DNA from: Batkoa obscura
Taxonomy: Eukaryota
Length of the DNA: 64,000 nucleotides
Assembly (NCBI GenBank): GCA_030770535.1
Contig: JASVEC010000029.1
Span: 620,001 to 684,000, forward strand
Reading direction: 5' to 3'
A program made the position numbers and the translations under genes. The notes under the pieces are model-generated. The model made no database searches and had not been told where the DNA came from. It saw only the letters and a list, made by a program, of their open reading frames with translations. Below, in pieces: positions 13,751-26,188 of this stretch (within the stretch, counting starts at the first letter, position 1; each line of letters opens with the position of its first letter).

Positions 13751-15799
13751 TTAAAAGATAAGTTCATTACCAATGATAAATTGAATAAGTATCTCCCCAA
13801 CAAAGAAAGGATCATTTGAAGGAGGAGACAACTGATTTAGCTCATTCACTATCAAAAACTCATTAAACGAAATTAATTTTTCTATTAACAATATAATATT
13901 AATATCATTTTCATTACTTTTAAAATAATCTAAAAGTGGTTGGAACTTATAAATAATTGTTTGATCATGAAACGTAGTTAGTTTTAAACTTTCTCTTTGT
14001 ACAATACTACAAGCTATTATTTGAATTATAAATTTTAAAACGCTATCACCTCCAAAAGCACCGCATCCCCATTTTCCTATATTAAGCATTAGTATATTAA
14101 TAACATAGTATAATGAAATTTACCACTTATAATACCATCGCTATTGTTGAGATTACAATATAAAGATGGATGAAATGAAATAATGGCCTTATTTAATTCT
14201 CTTAATATGAAATTTGCTTCGAATTGCTTAAAATAGTCTTTTTCTGAAAAATGATAAGCATCCATACATATTATTTCAGTTTCAAGACGATTATATTCAT
14301 CACTTAACAAATAATTACTAATGATTTTATAGTAAATATTATCTTTATACCTTTTGCTTAAGTCTTTATAGTTACCATCATACTCTAGCTCATAACTATA
14401 TCCTTTATAGTTATTGTATCTTTCTACTCCTTTAACGCTTAATGCCTCATTATCTTTTAACCTCTCAGTAAATAAACATCCCACTAACAATTCTGGATAC
14501 ATTAGAAATAATATTTCTTCTTGTACAGATCCCTATAACAAAATGATAATAAAATTAAATACTGATAGAACATTATAATGCAATATTAAAGTACTTTTCT
14601 TAATACACCGCCACCAATATAGCAATTAGCAAAATTAACTTTAGCTAAATTTTGATTGTTATCTTCGATTAGTTCATCATGAACTAACTCAATTTTTGGT
14701 AACTTTAAATCAAAAAAGTCACTTTTCAATTTATTTTTTTCACCTTCAATAAATTTTTGGGTTATTTTCATTTCTTTTAACAGTACTTTACGATGAAACG
14801 TAATATATTTTGATTCTAGATCCAATTCTATTTAAACTACCTTAATACTAATATTAGTATGAAATGTTAAAGCTACCTTCTCCGCTTCGTCTAAAATAAT
14901 TAAACAAAAATCGAAACTTTACTTTTCGAAGTTCATTACTAGATAAACCATCGGAGTGAATAGACAATAGCCATGTAAAATTAATTTTTGGAAAATAATT
15001 ATATTCTGAATTAGTATAAACTATATTTCTATGTGGGAATAAACAAAAAAAGGCACATGATAATAAAGATACCACCTATTAATGAAAAATTCATACAAAT
15101 AATTGACGAAATAAAAGAAACCCACTTGTAAACTTGATAAAGTCATTGATGTATCCATTTGAGTTAACAACAGAGGAATAGGCAGTGGAAAAAGCTCATT
15201 GATTAATAAAGCGAACTTTGCGATTAATGGTATAATTATTAAGTCTTCTTCATTTTCTTCCAGGTAATTCAATAAACCTTTAATATGCTCAATCCTTCGA
15301 CTATTTTTATATAACTTAGAGTTTAGAAGTGGGTATGGGTCGCTTTCCTTATTATCTAACATCGTAAATGCTTCCTATTATTTGTTTATTAGTTTTGGGA
15401 AATGTTATATAAATTAATTTACTATTATATCGTTAATTATAATTTTGTCTCCTTTCATACTTATTTTGGTTAGTGCGGCATTAATACGTGGCCATTTTTG
15501 GTTTCCTTAAAAAAATCAACTTTTTTGAATTATTATATATTTAGTTTACCTTTAGAATCCCTATTATGGAAAGAACAAGGCAATTTAACAAATTTGTTGT
15601 TCCAACAATCTGAAGAAATGGGTAAAAATAACTGGTTCTTATTATTTTTGATTTGCTTTATTAATTTATATTTCATTTTCGATTCATTTTCTTCACCATC
15701 ATCGTCTCCTTCTCTTTGTTTCTTTTCATCTTTTATTTCCTCTTTATTTTCTCGCTTTATCCTAGGAAAATTGATTTTTGTCTGTATACCTTCACCCAT
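13751..15799 (-). CDS. PARG: Poly(ADP-ribose) glycohydrolase, canonical type (multi-exon)
   Basis: VNFANCYIGGGVLRK-GSVQEEILFLMYPEL (GGG-x-QEE signature), GVERYNNYKGY, ILRELNKA, SGKWGCGAFGGD. Confidence 0.92.
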
Positions 15800-15979
15800 T
15801 TTCTTTTCTCTAAAAATAAACCTTGGTTCTACGTCACTTGAAAAAGTTCCATTTATTTTCTTCCATATAATAATTGTGCAAAAACAGTGCAAAAACAAAA
15901 CGTAAAAAACATTAAAGCCTTGAGCAGCTCTTCTTTTTATTTAGTGCTACATTACTTTTATAAAAACATTAGAAATAAG

Positions 15980-16831
15980 ATGTTTCCAGATACTATTCAC
16001 ATGGATATTAAAAATTTATTAGTAAAAGAGTTAGAAAACTTTGAGTTTCCAAATGATTATTTAGAATTAAATAATGCAACAACTAATGGTAAAATGACCT
16101 CGGTTTCAACAAGTACGGAAGAACTTAGGGATTCTATTCAAACCATCCCAATAAAAGAGGGACAGGAAAAAAAAGGAAGTGAAGAAAAAGAAAGCGAGGA
16201 AAAACAAAATGAAAAGGACGAAAAAGAAGGAAAGGAGGAAGAAAGCGAAGAAGTAAAAGAAAATTCAAAAGATGAAGAAGTAATAATAATAGAAGAAAGT
16301 AATGGAGAAGAAGTTAAAGATTTGGATGCATACTTGGGAGAAGAAATAAAAGATGTAAAATCGATTTCAACAGATGCAACAAATATTAACTTTCAATTAA
16401 AAGATAAAAGTTATACTGAATTAGAATTAGAATATTTATCTTTAGAAAATAAAGATAAAAACTTAAAAGCTAAACAATTGGCGGGGCTAATTGAAGAACT
16501 CATCCTAGGTAATTGCAACTTTCATCTTTAATTAATTATTAATCATTTGTTTTAGGGTATAATATTGAAAGATATAAATATATCGTACAAGTTAATTTAT
16601 TTCAAAATAAAGGGCATGGAACAATGTAAGTTATTTTTAAATCAAACCGTTTTATTTTAATGTTGTTTAGTATGGATAGTGCCATGTTTTGGGATACTGA
16701 AAAAGATAAAATGATTCAAGAAACATATAAAAAAGTAGATCCTTTAATATGTATATTTTTATTTAGTTATTTACTTGTTTTAGGAGGATTTTATTTGTAC
16801 TGTTGTTATATTTGCTCTTTACTATAATTGA
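15980..16831 (+). CDS. Tctex-1 family dynein light chain with long acidic N-terminal region
   Basis: Spliced C-terminus RYKYIVQVNLFQNKGHGTIMDSAMFWDTEKDKMIQETYKKEDFICTVVIFALYYN matches the Tctex-1 pattern. Confidence 0.8.
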
Positions 16832-17244
16832 ATAAATCATTTTGAATTTATTGGTATTGTTCTTATTTATTATTTTAACTAAAAACCAAATGGTTATAGC
16901 GCACAAAAAGGATATAAGATAAATTAGCAAGTGAAAGGTTTAATATAGGAGAACAAAGTATTTAAACTAAACTATAGAAATCAGAATGGAGAAACATAAT
17001 TAAAAGCAATTTTGATTAAACTGTTTTATTGCTTGCTTTATTTCTTGCGATAGTTTAATATTATCATTAATACATTTATTATTAATTTATACGGAAACAT
17101 AACAACCAAGAGATAAAAACTGTAAGCGAATTTTTAAGTTATTATTTAGGCAATTTTAGATCACTACTAGATAAATTACCAGGGAATTAAATTGGCAAGC
17201 AATGTATAGCAGTCAAGTTAAAAAGACAGATTACATACACTTAC

Positions 17245-17541
17245 GCTTATAATAGCAGCTAATAGCTCATCAAGATCAATCAAATGATCAAATGTGGTCT
17301 CTTCAATGATAGAGGCATTTTCTGCATTAGTATCTTATGTAAATAGGGTAGAGCGTCCAGATATCATCGAAATACCATTTAAAACTGAGTCTTCTTATAT
17401 ATGCCTCATGATCTCTTGCCCAGATCCTATACTGTGGGAGTCGTTTAGCTTGAATTTAATAAGTAATGGTGCATTCTCAATATCAAAAGTCCCTACAATA
17501 GTGCGCCGGTCTTTGTGATTGAATTCATTGTGATTACTTTG
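17245..17541 (-). pseudogene. Decayed exon-like frame of 99 codons with two in-frame TAA
   Basis: Bounded by TTTTTAG and GTAAGT; reads QSNHNEF...EIMRHI*EDSVLNG...TLFT*DTNAENAS...LLAAIIS. Confidence 0.45.
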
Positions 17542-18696
17542 CTAAAAAAACAAGGCGAACATTTAATAGACCAATTCCATTATATCTTGATAGCTCAATT
17601 GTAAGGGTATCTAATAAACTTACACCTTGAGCATTTAACATATAACTCATTATATCTAATGACATTTATATTTTGGGATATTTGACCTGTCATTTGGGTG
17701 GGTTATTGATTCCTTCTATCTTTGGTCTATTCATCTGTTTTTTCATAAAATCATTTACAGAGAAAGAAAACCTCTCAAAAACATACTAATGCAAAAAATA
17801 AAAAAACAAACAATGTACAGCGCAGAATGTTTACTGTTCAAAAAGACTAATTTTTACATTTTTTTAAACCTATATGTAGTTTAAACAGTTGGCAAACAAT
17901 AAGAAACAGTATTTATAAAACTCACCTAATAAAACCAAGTTAAATATTTTGAGCAACAAACTCATATTAACTTTTGTAAAGTTTTTGTTTTCAGGATTTA
18001 TTTCGAATTTTTTATAATAAATGCTTGAAAACATCTATAAAAAAAGTGTCTATAATTAGTAAATTATTAAAATTCAGTGAAGTCATTCTTTTTATTAACA
18101 AAATTTTTATTTTATAGATTTGTTATAGTAATATCTATGTCATATAGCTGCTCAACTTTTTATAGAAAATGAGCTTGTTTTTCTATTATTTAAACATCTA
18201 AATGTCTAAAAGTATCATAGTATAATTTTTTTGAATAAAGTTGCCCTTGGTGACGTTTTATTATAATCTTTACTTTGTTTTAGAAAATAATAAATTAAAA
18301 TAACTTTCAAAATAATATCTATTTTACGAACAGCCCCTTACAATCAGATCTTTACAAACTGCTCTTATACAGTGTTTATTTCTTGATTAAAATAGCTATA
18401 TAACATTGCTATTTAGAATTCTTGGGTTATGTATGTTTTTGAAAGAATAGCAAGTTCTAGAACCTTGAAATTAAAAAAGTGGGGAATTGGGTAATCAAAA
18501 TTCTCCTCAATTCCTCAACAATTATAAATTTCCTTAAGCTAATATTATATGAGTTAAATTTCATATAATTTTAATCACACTTCTATTATATTATAAAAAT
18601 TAAATAGCCTAAACTTTTTCTTATATACTTTGTGTGGCTATTTATTATATTATAGAAATAAAAGGGTTTCTTTTGAACCTAACCTTTTACTTACTA

Positions 18697-18801
18697 TATG
18701 GGAATGTATTTTTTTGTTTAAAAATTTTACTAACAATTTTTCTACTCAAATAACGCTTAAAACATGGAAAAAGCAATGAACCCAAAAAAAGCACCCCCAT
18801 A
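18697..18801 (+). mobile_element. MITE copy 5
   Basis: TA-TGGGAATGTATTTTTTT...AAAAAAAGCACCCCCA-TA with the shared core. Confidence 0.85.
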
Positions 18802-19008
18802 TTGAAAAGTCTAAGTTAAAATCAATGCATTAAAATAATGAAATTCAACAGCGACACAATAGGCTAACTACTAAAATTGTAAATTAGAAATGGCAGGGAA
18901 AGATGCTTAAACTGTCGGAATCAAAAAATAATATAAACTCGGTGATTTGAGAAAAAAATAAGAAAAAAGGAAAAATAATACATTTGTAAATAAACTTACA
19001 TAATAAAA

Positions 19009-20184
19009 ATGGCAGACCATAAATTAGAAATAAAAAATGAAGATATGATAGACAATAACGAAACTATGATAGAAAGTGGCGATAATGAACTTCAAGACAA
19101 CGATAATAAAGAGATGGCTCAAGTTTTAAATAAACTTAGTATATTAGATAAGCTTTTACCTGTCCTTATTGCGTTAGCCATCACCTTAGGGCTTTTACTT
19201 GGTAACTTCGTACCCAATGTAAAGGTTGTAGCTGAATTAGTACAAGTCGATGGGGTTTCTTTACCAGTGTGTATAGGTTTAATCTGGATGATGTTTCCAG
19301 TGCTTGCTAAAGTGAACTATGAGTTGATACCTTCTTTATTAACATCCAAGATACTATGGAAGCAATTGATTATGTCTTTAGTTATTAATTGGTTACTTGG
19401 TCCTACTCTGATGACTCTTTTAGCTTGGCTAACGCTACCTGACTTACCAGAGTATAGAACAGGTATCATTTTGGTTGGTATTGCTAGATGTATTGCTATG
19501 GTATTGATTTGGAATACTTTGGCTGGTGGTCATTCAGAATATTGTGCTATTCTAGTAGCTATCAACTCCGTTTTACAAATTGCTTTATATGGTCCATTAG
19601 CTATACTTATCATTAAGGTTATACCAGAATCATTAAACCTTGAGGCAAGTGAAATCAACATTGAATTATGGACCGTGGTTAAAGGGGTTTTAATTTACCT
19701 TGGTATACCTTTGTTATTGGGAATAGTAACCCGATATACCTTACTTTACTTTAAAGGTAAAAAATGGTATAATGAAAAATTTCTTCCAAAGTTTGGGCCT
19801 GCTTCCTTATTAGGTTTGCTATTTACTATCGTCATTTTATTTGCTATACAAGGTAAAGAAATTATTCAAAATCCTAGTAACGTAGCTAGATTAGCAGTGC
19901 CTTTGATCCTCTATTTCTTTTTGATCTTTTTCAGCACCTTTTTTATCTCATATTTATTTAATATACCTTATGAAATGGCTGTTACTCAGTCTTTTACTGC
20001 TTCTGGTAATAACTTTGAACTTGCCATCGCCGTCTGTATTGGTACCTTTGGTGTCAGTTCACCACAAGCTTTAGGAGCTGTAATTGGACCTTTGATTGAA
20101 GTACCAGTTCTACTAATATTAGTTTATGTTTCGTTATTCTTTAAGAAGTTCTATCAAAGGAAAATAGCAGCAAAATTAAATTAA
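19009..20184 (+). CDS. ACR3: Arsenite efflux transporter, Acr3 family
   Basis: GLIWMMFPVLAKV, GIARCIAMVLIW, AINSVLQ, FTASGNNFELAIAV, GPLIEVPVL; many TM helices; intronless. Confidence 0.95.
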   Translation: MADHKLEIKNEDMIDNNETMIESGDNELQDNDNKEMAQVLNKLSILDKLLPVLIALAITLGLLLGNFVPNVKVVAELVQVDGVSLPVCIGLIWMMFPVLAKVNYELIPSLLTSKILWKQLIMSLVINWLLGPTLMTLLAWLTLPDLPEYRTGIILVGIARCIAMVLIWNTLAGGHSEYCAILVAINSVLQIALYGPLAILIIKVIPESLNLEASEINIELWTVVKGVLIYLGIPLLLGIVTRYTLLYFKGKKWYNEKFLPKFGPASLLGLLFTIVILFAIQGKEIIQNPSNVARLAVPLILYFFLIFFSTFFISYLFNIPYEMAVTQSFTASGNNFELAIAVCIGTFGVSSPQALGAVIGPLIEVPVLLILVYVSLFFKKFYQRKIAAKLN

Positions 20185-20307
20185 ATAATTTTAATAGGAG
20201 CTCAAAGTTCTATTTATTAAAGTTTCAATGAAATAAAGATTGAATTATATTAACATATGTTATATTGATTATAAAGTATTTAAAAACTTTTATCATTATT
20301 AATATTC

Positions 20308-20853
20308 CTACTTTTTAAAAAATTGAAATAATTCTTCAAGGGGATGCTCTATTCCATTTTGTAAACTAGTTGAAAAATTTTGTTGTATTTGACTAACTAA
20401 ATCTATTTGTTTTTTAGCATTCTTAATTGGATTATTACCATCATCATAATCTAAGATATCATTTAACATCTTTATAACTTTATCTTTTTTTAACATTTTC
20501 TTTAACTCTTCCGAATTAAGTTTATTTTCCATTTCTTCTACCGGTATAAAGTCTTCTTCATCCAAACCTCCCCTTATCTTTTGTATAGTACTCTCTGATA
20601 ACTTTAGTTTCGCTTTAGTTCTATCCTCATTTAGTTTCCTTTTTTTGACTAAATTATTACATAGTTAGCTCAATTTAATAGATATTTGGGATTTATTACC
20701 TTCAATTACTTTTATACATGGGGTTTCTTTATGAGCTTTGAAGCATACAACAGAACAATAATTTATTAAACAGGTTGGGCATTTATATTTTTTATCGCTT
20801 GTTTTACATATTATACATTTTTCAGTTGAAATGGTAGTGTCGTTGTTAGACAT
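20308..20853 (-). CDS. HIT1: zf-HIT protein (Hit1/ZNHIT3-like)
   Basis: CIIC-x6-YKCPTCLINYCSVVCFKAHK-x3-C; two exons. Confidence 0.8.
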
Positions 20854-21005
20854 TTGTAGAATTAAATAAAAATAGAAAGACAATCAAATTATCAAACTGT
20901 AAATTTCAAAGTGAAATTGTTTACCAAAAATGAGTTTAAAATCGAACTTTTGGAAAATTAATTTACGTTTTTATAAATTTCAATATTTTAAATTAAGAAA
21001 GAGGG

Positions 21006-24000
21006 ATGGATGAGCATTGGAAAGAGATAAATGAAGAACATAAAAAAATATTGAATTATATAAAAAATGATTGGTATGAAGAAACTGAAGTAAACTTAAT
21101 TACATATTTTAAACTTTAATATAATTTTTTATAGAACTCATTAAATGATGAAATATCAATAGACTTTACCAATTTACCAATAAACTTAGATCATAACGAA
21201 ACAAGAGATACAATTTTGTAATTTATTTGTTCTTATTTCATTCTAAAATTTAAATTGTGCTTTAAAGTGATGAAAGTGAAGTATTTAACCCGGATAAGGT
21301 ATGTTTCTTATTTATTTATTTGATATAAACTAAAAAAATAAAAGAGCAATGGGAGCATAAACACAAATGCTTACAGTGATTTTGGTCATATGGGTGATTT
21401 AGCTTCAATATATAGTGAATCTGTTTTTTATGAAAGGACCCAAGTTCATCTAGTAAGTTAATATTTATTTTTAAGTTTATTTATTTATTATGTAGTCTCC
21501 TACAATGAAAAATCGAGCTCCACAAGTCAATAAAAGTAAACCCTTAAATAAAAATAATGATGAAATGATGGAAGAAGGTATCCCCAACTTTAAACAAATA
21601 TTTTCAAGCCCATTGAATAGTAATCAAATAGAAGGCTTAAACTATAATACGGATATTCCATATCAAAGTAATAAATTACAACAAGAAATACCCATTTCTC
21701 CTTCAATTCAACGGGTTAATGATTATATTAGTAGCAATCAAAATAGAGATACGGAGTTTCAAATCTTTAGGTCTTCTTCTCCGATCAATTATGATGAAAT
21801 AAACAACGAAAACAAAAATGTAAATAATGAATTAGGGCTATTCTCATCATTAAAGGAAACGTTAGGTCATAATCAAAATGAGAATATTAATACAAAATTT
21901 CAGAATCAAAGGAATCAAGATATTGACTTTGTTAGACGAACGGATAATAATTATGCTTCCGATTTTGAATTAAATGACATTGAACAAAAAATGAAAAATA
22001 CAAATTATGATGAAAGTAATGATAATAATAGGAGCCAACATAACTCAGATTTATTTTCAAGTGAAGGATATGTAGAAGTAATTAATATAAATAAAGGAAA
22101 TAAACAGGATCAACCTCAACCTCAATTGACAAGTGATGCCTATGAAGAAGTCATTAAAATTAATAATAAAGGAACAAATAATCAAGATGATACGTTTGAA
22201 GCTATTGATTATGATTTAAAAGATCAAATATTAAACCACCCCAACTTAAATGAGCTTGCTGAGCTATGGAATAACAATAATATTCCAACTAAAAAATCAA
22301 ATGAGTTAAATCAATTAATTTTATATGGTAAGTATAATTTAGAATATAATAGCAATAAATATTTAATAAATATTTCTATAATGTTTGAATAGCATATGAA
22401 AGGGATTTATGCAGAAAAAAGGACACATTGTTATTGTATTTTACATGTTGGAAACAATTATATCAAACGTATTCTAGGAAATCAAATTTTATATCAGTAT
22501 TATTTATTATTTATTATTTAAATCATAAACTTATTAACTTTAATTAGTTGAAATTGGCAAATAAAACTAAAAGAAAATATTTTGGAACATGGAAACAAAT
22601 ATGTCTCAATAGAAAACCTAATAGATTAAAGAAAAAGTGAGAGTTTATAGCTTAATTTGTTTTAATATTAAAAGTTGAATAGGGAAGAAGAAGAAAACAA
22701 AGCGAGAAAAGAAAAAGAACTAAAAGAACTAAAACTATTAGAAAATATATTTTCTATTGAACCCAATACTAGCTTTAATGAAGAAAGAAGCATTACAGAA
22801 CAAGATAAGATTGATACTGTTATAACTGGAGAATCAGTAATAATACATGATTGGGGTAATTTTTGATCATATTTAGATAATAATAAATGTTTAAATATAA
22901 TATATAATAGATGAATCTTTTAGTAAAAATAACGATCTTAATAATCAGCGAAACATTGCTGGAGATAAAAAAACAAATATATTCAATTCAACAGAAATAC
23001 AACATGACAACAATAACAATAACAATAACAATAACAATAACATTGCTAAACAGGATAATGATTATGTTGGACCAGACTATATACTGCAAAGTGAAAATAA
23101 TGTTCAATATAATGATTTAAATGATAACTCAAGCCCAATACAATATTGTGAAGCAATACTTTATTCTTATCTTAGTCGCAAAAATAAATTTCTTGTTATA
23201 AGAATGGTTATTTTATGGAGAAGGAGGCTAGAAGAACAGTTTGAAGTAAATTTAACTTATTATAAAAGTACAAAGCATTAATCTTTTTAAAGAATGCAAA
23301 AAGAGCCAACTATTTTATAGTTAATAGAAATCTTTTTAAATGGTATCAATATCTTAAACAAATTCAATATGCTCAACATGGAATTCAGCGTACCCGTTTA
23401 TCTATATTATATAGTAATATTCATATTAATTATTAACTATCAAAGTTAAAATTAATTCTATTTAGATAAAATTGGCAAAGGGTTACAAAACTGTATTAAA
23501 ATTAAAAGAATGGAACCAATTGCTAAAGAAATGATTGAACGCCGAATAAAAAGTAAATTTAAAAATAATGTTTTAATTACAATTAATAGCTTTTATTAGG
23601 TTCTTATTTTGACTTATTAAAAAGCAGTTTTATTGAAATCCAACAATGTAAACAAAAGTGCTCGTAATTCATTTTTTCACTTTTATTATTGTAATAATAT
23701 CAATTGTTTAAATTAGGCTTTTCAATGAAAATAAGGAATTAAAGGAGGTTGAAACAAAATATAGATTAATGAAAAGAATGTTTGAGTTATGGAAGGAGCA
23801 TTTAGAGTCCAATAAATTACAAAGAAGGTTACAAAGATTAACTATGGATGAGTCTAATTCAAACAGATTTATTCCTTTTAATTGGGCAAGTTCTTTTTTA
23901 GTTAGAAATGATAATAATATAAATTTAAAACCTTATAATTGGAATAATGTAAACCCAACTAAACAATTGGGAGTTCAAAAACAAAAATTCAATAATTATT

Positions 24001-25023
24001 ATAAAAACCCTTTAATAAATAATGATCAAAATAATGTAGAATGTAGTGAATGGTATATTTTAGCAATAAAAATAGCAGATGAATATCGAATAAGAAGGTA
24101 ATAAATAAACTATAGGTAATGATATAATAGCCAATGATATTTTTTAGTATAATAGCTCGAACTTTACAACATTGGAGTAGATTACACCGACAATATTTAA
24201 TATTTAATGTGATAATAAAAAATCCTAATATGGCATTACCATTTTTGAAAAGAATAAATAGCAATGATAGTGCTGAAAGTGCCATTAAAGCCATGATCGT
24301 AATTTCAAATCCAACAATAAAAACAAGCCGAGAAAACCTGTTCAATTATAGTATGGAGAAACCAAACAAGATTAAAAAAAAAAATTTTAATAAATTAATT
24401 AGTAGATATAAAGAAAATAAACAAGTAATTAATTCCAATTTAATTTAATTTTTAAATTAAATGATTGATTTTATAGAACAAAATTTTGGCGGAAGAATTT
24501 GCTTTAAAGGCATTTAAAAAAATGATATTTTTACGTTGGAAAGATCAAGTATTAAATAGAAGAGGTAAATTAGAATTTAGTTTACAAATATTAATATTTA
24601 ATTTTGATATAATATTAGTTGATAAGTTATTTGATTTAACAATAAAGCCTCAGTTACAATATGAATTAAATCATAGTTATAACAATATTGATGATGAATC
24701 TATGAAAAAGAAACATTTATTAAAAAAAATGATTTTATTTTGGCGTAAACGATTAATTCAATATAAGTCTTTAGAAAAGCAATCTTTAGCTCAAAGAGAA
24801 CATTATCTCTTTAAAGCTCATTTTCATATTTGGTTAGCTCAATTAAACCAAATTAATGTTAATAAAAAGGTTAAAATGGTAAATGGATACTATTTGCTTA
24901 ATAATACAATTATTAATATTATAATTTTGGTAGCTAAAAGCAGAGAATATTGGAAACCAAATCGCTATTCAAAGGACCTTTGTATTATGGTATAATTATA
25001 CAAAGAAAAAGAAAGAGGGATAA
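21006..25023 (+). CDS. Sfi1-like centrin-binding spindle pole protein (many exons)
   Basis: Recurrent F/L-x2-W-K/R repeats: YFTCWKQ, YFGTWKQ, VILWRRR, MFELWKE, TLQHWSR, IFLRWKD, ILFWRKR, HFHIWLA, TFVLWYN. Exact exon boundaries uncertain. Confidence 0.6.
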
Positions 25024-25256
25024 GTTGAAAATAAGTTATTAATTTAATAAAAGTGATTGAGATCTAGAACATCTGTTGTTTTGTAATTTTTTGTTAAATT
25101 AATATAAAATCATTACCTATTTTCATATAAAAAATGGACTGTTTTAAATTCGTATTAAATTTAGTTCACAAATTCCAATTTCAGCAAATAAAGTAAGCTT
25201 CAGCAATAAAAGCCCAAAAACTCAAATTTTCTATTTTATACTTTTTTAAAAATAAA

Positions 25257-25641
25257 ATGGATAATAAGTCATTACAAAGCAAAGGAAATGAATTGACTAA
25301 GATGGATCAACTATATAAACTAAGGATTGAAACCCTTGAAGAATATAAGAGATTATTACTTACTTTTAATCATGTAATTAACTCAAATAATTTTACAAAT
25401 TTATAAATTTAAAATTAATTCGACTTAGATCAATGACCGATTAGTAGCCGTCAATCGAGACGAACTACCCGGTATAACAGCCACATTAAGAAATATGGAA
25501 CGACGTTTAGGATTGGTGATGACTAGTTTTAAATCCGCAGTTTATGGAGTACACCGAAACTTTGAAAGAGATTTACAACGTAAAGCTTTGGATATTGATC
25601 GTGGACTTGGGGATTTTAAAACTAATCGTCCAGAATTATAA
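25257..25641 (+). CDS. DAD3: DASH/Dam1 complex subunit Dad3; not in ORF track
   Basis: Two exons: ETLEEYKRLLLTFNH-INDRL...LRNMERRLGLVMTSFKSAVYGV, matching the Dad3 LRxLERK..LV.T..KASVY pattern. Confidence 0.8.
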
Positions 25642-26188
25642 GTTGAAGTTTCTACTTTTTTATTGTTTATAAAGATTAAATGTGTAAATTATGGAGCTTT
25701 TTTTGTCATAGGTTAAGCAAGATTTTTTTATTAAATTATACTTAACTAATATTCATACTGTTCATAGTAAAAAATAAAGACTAACATTTAATGTGAATTT
25801 ATAATTAAGGTTTTTATTATACAAAAGGAAAAAAAATTGAAAGTTTTAAGTTATCTCTATTTTTGAAGCTCAATTTCAAAGAGTGATTTTTATTATTTGT
25901 TATAAATGATGGTAATAAATGACCATCGATGATTTTATGTCTTTGTTTCTATTACCTGTATCTATTTTATAATCTTAACTCGATATTTTTCATGTATTTG
26001 ACTCATCACTAGCGATCTAATTTTATATAAATTGACATTTAATAAATTGAAAGCAAAAAAAACAAAACTTTCAATTTGCAAACAAGCGCAATATTTGCAA
26101 TCTTAAACCAATAGATTATTACCAACGCGAGGGTTCCAAAATTAATACTAAAGAACAAAGTAGCAATAAGGTTTGATTATTTTTTAAG

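Noticed and set aside
19009..20184. Horizontal transfer of intronless ACR3 from bacteria
   Set aside because: Acr3 is widespread in fungi, other native genes here (HIS1, EMW1) are also intronless, and no arsR/arsC neighbours are present; needs a phylogeny.
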